The notes under the pieces were generated by a model. It had not been told where the DNA came from and did not search any database. It worked only from the letters and a program-made list of their open reading frames with translations. DNA of 64,000 nt from Mobula hypostoma (Eukaryota): NCBI RefSeq assembly GCF_963921235.1, contig NC_086112.1, positions 36,642,001 through 36,706,000 on the forward strand. Direction: 5' to 3'. A program made the position numbers and the translations under genes. The first letter of the stretch is position 1, and each line of letters begins with the position of its first letter. Below are positions 51,016 to 62,349 of this stretch, in pieces.

Positions 51016-52421
51016 TTTTGTCCTTGTGAAATGTAGTTGCTGAAGAACCGATGAAACTCAAGTCCCCCTCATAGCTAAAAGCAACACAGACATAAATATT
51101 TGTGTTACTGTGCTTATTAATATGGAATGCATTACATCTATAATATTGTTTAACCTGTATCTGTCTGTTCCCGTCCCACCATTTATGTGTATTCAGATCA
51201 ATGGTACTCTTAAAGTCTGGAATTCCTTCCTTACACTTACCTTTTGATGGCTCCTCTTTTTAAGGTGCTCATTAAAACTTCACTTTGGTCAACGTTCACA
51301 TTGAGAAACTCAGATTTTTATTAATTACCTAGCTCATTCAAAATTACTATAATTGCTAAGGATGCACTATTGGCATTCCAGCTCACCAAAGCAATTTCTC
51401 AGGGACTGATCACCAGTATGAAGCAGATATCAGCTACCGTTAATCATGAAGAATGGTAATAAATTTACATCGTCAATCCATATAGGAAACCTTTAGACAA
51501 CTGTGTTAGCAATGGGAGGCCTTATAACTCAAAGTTCGAACAGTTTTCCAGAAGGAAACTTATTTTAGGAATTTCAAAGAATGAGTAGAAAGGTAAATTT
51601 GAGTTAAGTTAAGCCACAAGCCAAAAATTTGGTGTATAATCTAAAATAGCAGCCTCAAATGGAGGCTGATGGCATACTGTACTATATAGGCTCAGTTCTT
51701 CAGATGAGTTTCTCAGCCAAGGCTGTGTTAGGGTGTACTCCACCCCCCCTAAGAGACAAACAAAAAAAGATACTAAACTCAGTTGTAACATGGTAAACTA
51801 CTGTTTCACACCCCTTTTCTGTACTTACAAATTAAACTACATACATATACCTTGACCAGATGACTTAAGCCTTCGATCGTCTAGTGTTCATCCACTGATT
51901 GCCATAACTAACTGTTAAGTTTTTTTTCCTGTGCTCTTTCAAGGCTTGTTTTCTCTCCTGTCATTTTCTCTTTTCCTTACTGTTTTGTTATCTCCAATAT
52001 AATCGCTTCTAAAACCCTTCAATTTTGCTCTAACCAAGACTTTACCCAAGATCCATGGAAACTTTCATGTTCTTGCAATTCTGCCTTTATCTTTCTAGTT
52101 CGTATACTTCAGAAAGTTATACACATGTAAGAGACTACCATATGACAGCTGTTTTATGCATAAATGTAACTGCAGTGAACTTAGTACTATTTCCACATCT
52201 GTGGTCATTACAGCCTGATCCTGGATTATGAATACCTGACTTATGTAAACCCGTACATCTGAACTCCCATATTCATTAAATTCAAATGGCAGAACTAGTT
52301 TTATCTCTCTCACCACTTTCAGTAATAGTTTTGTTTTATCAGTCTTGTGTGCATCCGATGATATTCATTACAATATTGTGGAATATATATGTCAAGCAAC
52401 CACCGTTTTGTATATTCATAT

Positions 52422-55400
52422 TGTGTTGCCCTTAAAGCATTTATTTGACTTTGTTGGGTCTACATTTTAAATGATTTGTTTGTAACTATTTTCCAGTTAA
52501 AGTTAAAGGTTGATAATTAAGTTACAGTATAACAAAGGTAAATTCATTGTCTATGGTATATCGCGGCATATGATGACGTCACCTCCGGTTTCACCGTGTC
52601 TGATGTGTAACCTCCGGTTCGGGAAGGTGTGAAGGTGGGTGCCATGCGTGCAGCATGATCGTGAAGAGCTCCGTTTCTACCCGCAAAGAAACATTATAGA
52701 AGCAACGCTGTAAGTTCCTATGAAAGTATTTGAAGTAAAAATATTATCGTGGTTTCTGTTAAGGAAGTGGCAGTTGGGGTGGCCCGTGTGTCGGTTTTTC
52801 AATTTCAGACATGGGGTGAGCTCGGGCCCAGCAGCGGTTTGACGGGACCCCCTCGCTTGCTACTTGGGGCGGCTGGAGACACTCGCTAAAAGAAGAGAGC
52901 ACGCGTAGTCTCCAGAATGAAACAGACGCTGTATATGTTTGTATTTTTTATCAACAGTTTTCACCATACGATGTTAATGTGGAAGAGTGAACAGTAAATG
53001 GTTAACCTTACTACGACTCTGTCTTCATTAGCTCCGGTTTAACTTGGTGTTTAGTCAGAGTTTCAACACACTGCACGAGAACACAACAGTGAAAAGGCGT
53101 AATCATTAGATGCTTTAACAAGTGGTACAATGGCTTCGCAATCAAGCATAAAGTCGCTTGCACTCAGCGCCAAAAGCAGTAGGGCGTCGATAAGTGTGGC
53201 TGCCCTTGCAAGAGCTAAAGCAGAAGCCGCCAAGGTGCGAGCGTCATACGCTAACCAAGAAGCAAAACTGAAAATGGAAAAAGCCACCAGAGAAGCAGAA
53301 AACCAGAAGGAAAAGGCTGCCAGAGAAGGGGAAAACCAGAAGGAAAAGGCTGCCAGAGAAGGGGAAAACCAAGGATAGATACAGAGTTAGAAGTGCTGAC
53401 ACTACAACGAAACGCTGATGTGGCCGCGGTGGAAGCACAAGTGTTGGAAAATGCTGAAGAAATGCACGTTCTAGATGAAGCAGGAAAAACTATGTCAGAA
53501 AGGGCCAATTTGGAACGCACCAGTGAATATGTCCAATCTCAAATTGACCTGCAGATTCATTCTCCCTCTCCATACTTGCCTGTTGGCGTCCCATCTCGTG
53601 TGAAATCACAGGGAAGCTTCGTTGCATCATGTCCACCTGGGGAAGAGAACTCACAATTGCAACCTTGCCACAAATTCAAGTATGAAAGGGCTGACTACGA
53701 ATACATCCCGATACCAAACTTACCAGATCCGGCGAGATCAGAGACAAAGGCTGAAGTCAGAACATCAAATCCCATCATAAACGTACACTCTCAGTGATAT
53801 GTTCCCCAACATATTCCCCCAGCTAGCACGCCACCCACAGCAGAACCCTTGGCACAGTATTTAGTGCGATGAGACCTCATTAATTCAGGACTGTACCAGT
53901 TTGATGATAAGCCTGAAAATTACCGTGCGTGGTACTCCTCATTCACCAGTGCCAGCGGCGGAGTCCAGCTCACAGCAACCCAAGAGTTGGACCTTATGAC
54001 TAAATGGCTGGGAAAGGAATCAAGTGAACAGGTGAAACGCTTACGCTCAGTGTACGTCAACAACCCCAAGCTAGCCTTACACAAAGCATGGGAGAGACTT
54101 CGGGACTGCATGCGGCCCCTGAAATTATTGAGAGGGCGCTATTTCAACGGCTGGACAATTTTCCTCGGGTGTCAGCCAAGGACCACACTAAATTACGAGA
54201 ACTCGGAGATTTACTTATGGAGATTCAAGGTGCCAAAGAAGACGGCTATTTAACTGGCCTGTTGTATCTGGATACTTCACGCGGAGTTGGACCAATTGTG
54301 GACAAACTTCCATTTGGGCTGCAGGAAAGATGGGTGTCTATTAGCTCAGAGTACAAGGAAGAGAACAATGGTTGATTGCCTCCCTTTGAGTATTTTAGTA
54401 GGTTTGTGTGCAAGGAGGCAAAGAGGCAAAACGACCCTAGCTTCATGAATGAAGGCAGTACCACAACTCACACCAAGCCAGTCAAACCCATTTTGAACAA
54501 TTTTGTCATCAATCAGCCAGTCTCAGTGCATAAAACCGAAGTCTCCGCAATCAACGATGACCCTAGCAAGAATTGTCCATTGCACAACAAACCCCACTCC
54601 CCCCCCCCAAAAATGCAGAATGTTTCGAAACAAACCCTTTGACAAAAGATTGGCCCTTCTCAAGGAAAAAAGAACATGTTTTAAGTGTTGTTCCTCTACC
54701 TCCCACCTCGCTAAAGAGTGTACGTTCCCCGTAAAGTGCTCGGAATGTAACAGCATTAATCACGATGGAGCCATGCATCCCAGCCCGTCACCGCAAACTG
54801 CCAAGGCTCCTCCGCTCCCACAAGAGGATGGCGGGGAGGGAGATCATCACTTTGATACAATTATTGTCAGCTCGAGCTGCACAGAAGTTTGCAGTCCAGG
54901 TCAGTCGAGCCATTCATGCTCAAAGATCTGCCTCACTAAGGTATACCCTAAGGGAGCCAAAGACAAGGCCATCAAAGCCTATGTAATTCTGGACGACCAG
55001 AGCAACCGCTCACTAGTGAGACCACAGTTCTTCAAGTTGTTCAGCATAAAGGGTAATCCATTCCCATACTACCTCAGAACTTGCTCTGGCATCGCAGAAA
55101 CATATGGCAAGAAGGCAGAAGGCTTCCAGCTCGAGTCGCTGGATGGCAAAGTCGTCATCAGTCTCCCTCCACTCTTGCAGTGCAATGAGATCTTAAATAA
55201 CCGACCTGAGATTCCGACGCCAAGCCTAGTGCTACACCAGCCCCATCTCCACCGCATTTCCAAGCACATCCCAGAACTGGATCCGAAAGCAGAAATACTC
55301 CTGCTACTTGGAAGACACGTTCTTAGGGTGCACAAAGTCAGGCAGCAGGTCAATGGACCACACGACGCCCCCTTTGCCCAACGTCTGGATCTGGGCTGGG

Positions 55401-56562
55401 TGGTGATAGGAGAGGTGTGCCCTGGCAATGTACACAAACCGACAGTTAACATGCTCAAGTCTAATATGCTAGAGAGAGGCCACCGTTCAATTTCTCAGCC
55501 CTCCACAAGTGTTACGTGTATCAAGGAAGCACAACAAAGGCACGAGTTTAGTAAAGTAACTGAGAAGACACTGGGACAGTCAGTCTTCGCTCAAACTAAG
55601 CACGATAATAAACTTGCTCCATCAGTGAAAGATGCCACCTTCTCAAAAATAATGGACACAAAGGTTTTTACAAATGAAGCAAACAACTGGGTCGCCCCAC
55701 TACCATTCAGAGTACCGTGCCAGCGCTTACCAAACAACAAAGAGCAGGCAGTGAACCGGTTCACATCTTTACAACGAACCCTGAAAAGGAAACCTGAGAC
55801 CAGTTACAGAGGTTGTTCTACTTCTACCTAAAGACTGATCTGGAGACTAAAGTTCTATACCATGTTTATAGTGACCTTACAAAGGTCAGGTGGGGAGTGT
55901 GTTGCCCTTAAGGCATTTATTTGACTTTGTTGGGTCTACGTTTTAAATGATTTGTTTGTAACTATTTTCTAGTTAAAGTTAAAGGTTGATAATTATGTTA
56001 CAGTATAACAAAGGTAAATTCATTGTCTATGGTATATCGTGGCATGTGATGACGTCACCTCCGGTTTCACCGTGTCTTATGTGTAACCTCCGGTTCGGGA
56101 AGGTGTGAAGGTGGGTGCCATGCGTGCAGCATGATCGTGAAGAGCTCCGTGTCCACCCACAAAGAAACATTATAGAAGCAATGCTGGAAGTTCCTATGTA
56201 AGTATTTGAAGTAAAAATATTAACGTGGTTTCTGTTAAGGAAGCGGCGGTTTGGGTGGCGCACGTGTCGACTTTTCAATTTCAAACGTGGGGTGCGCTCG
56301 GGCCCAGCGGCGGTTTGATGCGACCCCCTCGCTCCCTACTCGGGGCGGCTGGAGACACTCGCTAAGAGAGTGCACGTGGTCTCCAGAATGAAACAGACGC
56401 TGTATATGTTTTTGTATTTTTTTATCAACAGTTTTCACCATACGATGTTAATGTGGAAGAATGCACAGTAAATGGTTAATCTTACTACGACTCTGTCTTC
56501 ATTGGCTCCGGTTTAACTTGGTGTTTAGTCAGAGTTTCAACACACTGCACGATAACACTACA
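52422..56562 (+). mobile_element. BEL/Pao LTR retrotransposon, internally deleted
   Basis: Direct LTRs of about 666 bp (52422-53088, 55898-56562), TGT...ACA termini, 5-bp TSD catat/gatat. Gag with Cys/His knuckles (CFKCCSSTSHLAKEC), protease ILDDQSNRSL, PPT before the 3' LTR. Confidence 0.88.
53277..53372 (+). repeat. 33-bp coding tandem repeat, about 3 copies (EKAAREGENQK) in BEL gag
   Basis: gaaaaggctgccagagaaggggaaaaccagaag repeated. Confidence 0.85.
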
Positions 56563-57375
56563 GATATAAATAAACATGGATGGTGTATCCTATGTCAGTA
56601 AAGCAAAATTCTTAGAAGCTGCTGTTTGATTGTTTAAAAAACCCTTGAAGTTCAAAATCTGTCTTATCAGGTCCCAGTTCCCATTAAACTCACAGGGGCC
56701 CTAGTTCCCAAGCTTCCTTGAAACTTATCAGGTTCACTGGAAAATTTATTATTCTACTATTCTTTGTAAAATTTCTACAAAAAGAATTGCAAAAGTCTTG
56801 GGAGTGTTAATTGGAATAACATCCAAGATTCTGAATAATTTGTCATTCAGCAGCACCAAAGTTCCAAGCCTTCCACATTAATGGAATTTTATTTTACTCA
56901 CTAACTTGGAAAGTCAATGGGAGCTTCTAACTGTGTAGCAATTCTTTGTTTCTAGAACTCTATATCACCTAATCTATTTCTTCTTTCTGTGTTGTAATCA
57001 GTAATGTTTCACAGATTAGAGAATGATCAGTTGACTCTATGAACAGCTCACTGTAGCATGGGTTAAAGCATCCGGTTTGCTATACACTTGTCTGGTGGCT
57101 TCTGAAGCTCAAAGTTAAAACATGTTCAGTTCAGTTCAGTTATCTGACATAATTTAAACCCTGCAAAGGTTGTCTGGACACAAGTTCCTTTATCACTGAC
57201 ACCAACTAAATTTTACATTCACCCATCTGAAAAAGTATAGACAACCAGAAGAAAAACAAATATGGATAAAACATTACCAGACAACAGGAATTCTGCAGAT
57301 GCTGGAAATTCAAGCAACACACATCAAAGTTGCTGGTGAACGCAGCAGGCCAGCCAGCATCTCTAGGAAGAGGTA

Positions 57376-57412
57376 CAGTTGACGTTTCAGGCCGAGACCC
57401 TTCGTCAGGACT
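57376..57412 (-). ncRNA. Minimal hammerhead ribozyme motif (PLE type), mirror copy
   Basis: Exact reverse complement of 57481-57517. Confidence 0.7.
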
Positions 57413-57480
57413 AACTGAAGGAAGAGTTAGTAAGAGATTTGAAAGTGATTTCAAATCTCTTACTAACTCTTCCTTCAGTT

Positions 57481-57517
57481 AGTCCTGACGAAGGGTCTCG
57501 GCCTGAAACGTCAACTG
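57481..57517 (+). ncRNA. Minimal hammerhead ribozyme motif (PLE type)
   Basis: AGTC CTGACGA AGGG tctcgg CCT GAAAC GTC AACTG. Core boxes intact, GUC triplet, palindromic ACGT helix III. Confidence 0.7.
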
Positions 57518-57885
57518 TACCTCTTCCAAAACATTACCAGACATTTGTTTTGTCAAATCTGCAGTATGTCATTCAGCTCACTACACTTGAGCAATAATAT
57601 GAAAGCATTAGGGAAGGTCACAAGGGATTTACTAGAACAATTCCAGAGAGATAGGGATTAGTTACATGAACACACTGAAGAATCTCTGATTATTCTCTCT
57701 TGCATTATGCGATGAGAGAAAGTTTCAAATAGAAATAGGTTTAAAATATGTAAATCATAAAATTTACAGATCCCAACAATTTTCTTATTACTGACATTAG
57801 GCTAATTCGCTTTTATTTATTTTTCTTTCTTAAATAGTGCATTCAAATTTGACTCCCTTCAACCCACCAAAATATTTTCAGTCTA

Positions 57886-58413
57886 CAGTACTGTGCAAAA
57901 GTCTTAGGCACGTATATATAGCTGGGATACCCAAGATTTTTGCATAGTACTGTAGTAATTTTATGTACCGCACACTACTGCCACAAAAATGCAAATTTCA
58001 TAACGTGAATGATGATAAATCTGATTCTGATATGGGTCTCTATTGTGGACTGAGAGTGGGAAGGGAACACAGAGAGGGGATAGAGCAAAATGCACCAGAG
58101 ACATCCTATAATGATCAATGTCTCATTCTATGATGACATTCTATAGTTGTTTGCAATCAAATGGCCTTACCTGGTGTCTCAGGGCTGGGTTTGTCTGCAC
58201 CCACACCACTGCCCCGCCCCTGGGACGACTCCTCTGCCCCCTGTCCCACACCCTCCAGCGGTGTTCCACCCTCACCATTCCCAACAGCCTTTGCTCCTGC
58301 CAGATTTATAAACTTGCTCCCTGCTTCACATTGACAAATGCAGTACTGTATTGTGCAAAAAGCCTTAAGCACCTTAGCTATATACGTGTGCCTAAGACTT
58401 TTGCACAGTACAG
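57886..58413. mobile_element. Tc1/mariner-like MITE
   Basis: TA-cagtactgtgcaaaagtcttaggcac...gtgcctaagacttttgcacagtacag-TA. Confidence 0.75.
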
Positions 58414-58619
58414 TATATAATCTGAGGATTGCTGGAGATGCTTAGTTGGTGGGTTAACATCTATTCTCATGAAAGGTGACCAACTGAAAAACTATTTCTC
58501 TATCCATGGATGCTACTGGATCTGCTGAGTACTTCCAGCATTTTCTGTTATCTCGTGTTTTTTTTCCAGAATCTACAACATCTTGCTTTTATTCCTCCTT
58601 CATCTGCCTTCTCATATTT

Positions 58620-59180
58620 TGCAACGCGCCGGACTTCCTGAAACAGACAAGTCAACTTCTCCGACCACAAACCACCCCACCAAACTCCCCCAGCCCCGCC
58701 AAACTTCAAGCATGTGGCGATTGCCGTGGGCGCTGGTCACCGACATTTTCTCCGGCCTCCTGACACCACACCGGGGTTATGCCGGAGAGCAGCTGGTTGG
58801 GTGCCATTCTGTCGGGGTGTCGACCGGATCTCGGTCTCTGGCGACCACTTCTTTCCGTGGACATGAAGCAGGTCACCGCACCCCGCGAGCCGTTTACCTG
58901 TCTGCCAGCACGCGACCACACGGGAGTCACCTGGTGACGTCATCCCGCACATCTGGGACCCGAGTCGGGGCATATGACGTCAGCGCGCTCAGCGTGTCGT
59001 TCTTCCTGGTTCCTCCCCGCCAGTTTTGGACGTATCGCTCTTGCACTTCCTCAATTTCTGGGCTACTCTTTGTATTCGGTGTAAGGATTTTTTTTTAAAT
59101 TACAAAATTAATTGTTAACTAGCTCTAGCAAAGATGTCGAAGCCGCCACCCAAACCAGCCAAGCCAGGTAAGATGCCCGT
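58620..59180. promoter_or_regulatory. CpG-rich bidirectional promoter NMRK1/OSTF1 with two CRE palindromes
   Basis: CpG-dense. TGACGTCA at 58935-58942 and 58975-58982. Minus-strand donor CAG|gtaaac at 58898/58897 is a candidate for the NMRK1 non-coding exon 1. Confidence 0.75.
59134..59167 (+). CDS. OSTF1: Osteoclast-stimulating factor 1, coding exon 1
   Basis: ATG...MSKPPPKPAKP+G followed by gtaag. Matches the OSTF1 N-terminus and the conserved head-to-head synteny with NMRK1. Confidence 0.92.
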
Positions 59181-61029
59181 ATTTATTTGGAGTTGATTGT
59201 CATGGAGCAGTAAGTTAAAACTCAACGAGAACTTGGCGTAAAAATGATGAGACTTTTGAAGTTTCCTTTTTTTAAGATGTCATCGAGCCGCTGATCTTTA
59301 GCTACTTAAATTGCTCTATTTTAATGAATGGTCATTTTTTAAACTCTGCGTTATGCTTGCCAGGAAATCGTTCAAGATCAGACAGCGTTTGTATTTAAAA
59401 CCGCCTTGACAGTATTGCAAAACGTCCCAAAAGAGTTTCACAGAAGCGTTGTCATTCAAAGTTTGACATGGGACATATTCGGGAAAAACCTAAGACTTAT
59501 TTTCTTTCAAAAGTGGAAAGAGAGGTACAAAGGATTCGGAATGAAAATAAAGAACTTCAGGCCTTGGTACTAAGGCATGGCTGCCAGTGATAATGTAAAT
59601 AAATCGCGGGACGATGAGAGGATAAAGGTATCTCTGAAGGCTGCAGGGCAGCAGAAAATAATTGAGAACATGGGTGAGTGAATGGGAATTGGTGTCAGCT
59701 AGGCTGAAGATTTTTGAAAAACATCAAGTTTCAGAGTGTATTTTGAATACCCAAGAGTGCATTTGAATAGTGAGGCATATAATCATTTGAGGCAGTGTTG
59801 GAGTAAGAGAAGTGCTACAGTCTTGCTAATCTTGACATTTTCCCAGCAAAACAAAATTAAAATGTATAAAGATGTTGGAATAGTTTGGTTCATTCTCTCT
59901 TTTTGTTTCAAGGGATCAGAGTCCTATCTGCCGATGACATTTTATTACATGTATTTCTTCCATAATTATTTATTATTAAAACATTAAGTGAGGTTTGGAA
60001 AACATTATAAATTTCTGTGATATGTCTGCTATCATTCATTAGCTTTTACTTCTGAAGTCATGACCTTTTGTCAACAGAAAACAATGATCCTCTTATCTAG
60101 ATTACATGAGTCAGTCACATGGGTTTTCAAACATTTGGTTTGTATTTCTTTCTATCTGCACTGCTAGTCACATGGATTGCCACTGGCAACTATAATTGTT
60201 TAAAATCTGACATTAAAACATAAACTTTACTTTGTGATTTACATATGCATTTGTTAATTGTTTTGTGTTGTAACTGAAAGCCACCTTTGCACAACTTAAG
60301 TTGGACCATAATCAGATTTCGTGGGTTAAAAGTTCCAATAGTTTTGTGTTCAGAAAAAGTAAAATGTGATGCCATGTGAAACCAGTTCTTGAATCAAACG
60401 AAAACAGTATTAGTCACTTAAGACTTACAGTAGCTGATCCCAAACGGAGTAGTGTCTTTGGACACTTCATGTACAGGTCTTTCATCTGCCATAATAGGGA
60501 CCTTTACTGTTATGTACTGAGGAAACAAAGTATGATTTTGAGACATAAGAAAACTTGTTCTCGGGTACACTAGATAACATGATTTCAGAGATGATGTCTT
60601 TGTCTTTCTGGAGGGATAATATTAATATCATCCTCACAAAACTGTTGATTTTAAGCCAGCATAAAATAAATAGGCTTGTGAATGGAAAACAATTTCCTTA
60701 GATATTTCTTCCTGGAGCAGAGAAAAAGCTATTGATTTTTTTCTTCTCTTCTCAGTATTATCAATTTCGAGTCAAAGTTGCTTTCATCTCCTTTTTATGG
60801 GATGAAGTCACTTTACTTGAAAACAATATGTGCTAAATGGATGGAAGCTACTCTATCATAAGAATATCTCCAAAGGAGGTGTAGTAACTCAGATACCTCA
60901 CTAACTGTGAAAGGGTCTTATTAACCATTGTGCCTGGTACTCTGGTTAATGGGCTGGATAGATAACGAATGTGCACCTCTTTCTTTGCCAGCAGAATCTG
61001 ATCTGAAACAGTCTCAAACATTTACACCT

Positions 61030-61775
61030 CAGTAGAGCAAATGCAAGGAGACAGTATACTGTCAAAGGCAAGGTCCTTGACAGTATTGCTGAGCAGGGAG
61101 ATCTTGGGAGCCAAGTTCATAGCTCCTTGAAAGGAGCTACACAGGCCAATAAGGTGCTTAAGGAGGCTTATAGAATGCTTGCTTTTATTAGTCAAGGCAC
61201 TGAATTCCAAAGTCAGAATGTCATGTTGCAACTTTATAAAACTTTGGTTCGGCCACATCTGGAGAATTGCGTACGGTTCTAGTCACCCCACTACAGGAAG
61301 GATGTTGAGGCTTTGGAGAGGGAGTTTACCAGGATGCTGTGTGGTTTAGAGAGCATGAGCTATCATGAGAGGATGTATGAACTTGGGTTGTTTTCTCTGG
61401 AGCATCGGAGGCTGAGGGGAGACCTGATATTACAAAATTGAGAGGCACAGAGTGGACAGAGAGCATCTGTTTCTCAGGGTTGAAATGTCTAATACCAGAC
61501 AGCATGCATTGAAGGTGAGAGGGAATAGGTTCATGGGGGATGCGAGGGGTAAGTCTTTTGCTCAGAGAGTGGTGGATGCCTGGAATGCGCTGGCTGGTTT
61601 GGTCGTAGAGGCAAATACATTAGAGGCTTTTAAGAGACATTGGATAGGCAGATGGAAGATGGAGGGATATGGACATGGTGTAGGTAGGAGGGATTGGTGT
61701 TTGGGTGTTTTTGATTTGCTTTTTAGCAAAACATTATAGGCTGAATGGCCTGTTCCTGTGCTGAACTCTTCTATG
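61030..61775 (+). mobile_element. CR1 LINE 3' fragment
   Basis: LYKTLVRPHLENC-like RT C-terminus and gggctgaatggcctgtt-like 3' end. Confidence 0.75.
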
Positions 61776-62084
61776 TCTACGTCTAGTCTCGAAGATCTAT
61801 GTAACCTTCAGTGAAGAGATTATAGTCTATTCAAGTTTACTTTCTCAATATTATGAGAAGGATAATTTATTAAATCCAGTATTGCGCTTGGTTATAGCAC
61901 AGCATTTAAAAACAACAGCAGCAGCAGCATCTATTTAAGCAGAAATTTAACATAATTAAACAACTTAAACTATTTTGCACAAGTGTTTCTAAAAGCATTG
62001 AATACTGAGCAGCATACAGAAATGTCAGGACAGACAATCCTAAACTTTGACATACCTTGGTGTAAGGTATGTCTTAAGAGGAAA

Positions 62085-62349
62085 CTACTACTACTACGTC
62101 AACTCAGGCCTAGGGGGCCGGCATTGGACATGATGACAGACTCTCCACTTCTCCCTCTCCCTCATCAGTGTGTTCAGTTCATCTACATCAGCCGTGCCGC
62201 TGTCTTCTAGGAGCATGTTGACCATAGTCTTGGGAGGGTGCCCAGGGTTCATCCTCTCATGCTTGGCCTCCCATATGATGACTAGGCTGGCAGGTAGTTC
62301 GGGGTGGCATAGACAGTGGCCCGCTAGTTGCAGTCTTCTCGCCTCGATT
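62085..62349 (-). mobile_element. 5'-truncated LINE 3' end (RTE-like) with (tag)n tail
   Basis: 11-bp TSD ttaagaggaaa (62074-62084 / 62350-62360); RLQLAGHCLCHPELPASLVIIW on the minus strand. Confidence 0.7.

Larger units (their letters stand above)
57284..57527. mobile_element. Penelope-derived perfect fold-back insertion with a hammerhead motif on each strand
   Basis: 79-bp perfect arms (57366-57444 / 57449-57527), 4-nt loop. TSD aaaacattaccag(aca), 13-16 bp (57268-57283 / 57528-57543). Confidence 0.9.

Noticed and set aside
58583-59098. 171-aa plus-strand ORF in the CpG promoter
   Set aside because: No recognisable homology; explained by stop-codon depletion in GC-rich DNA.
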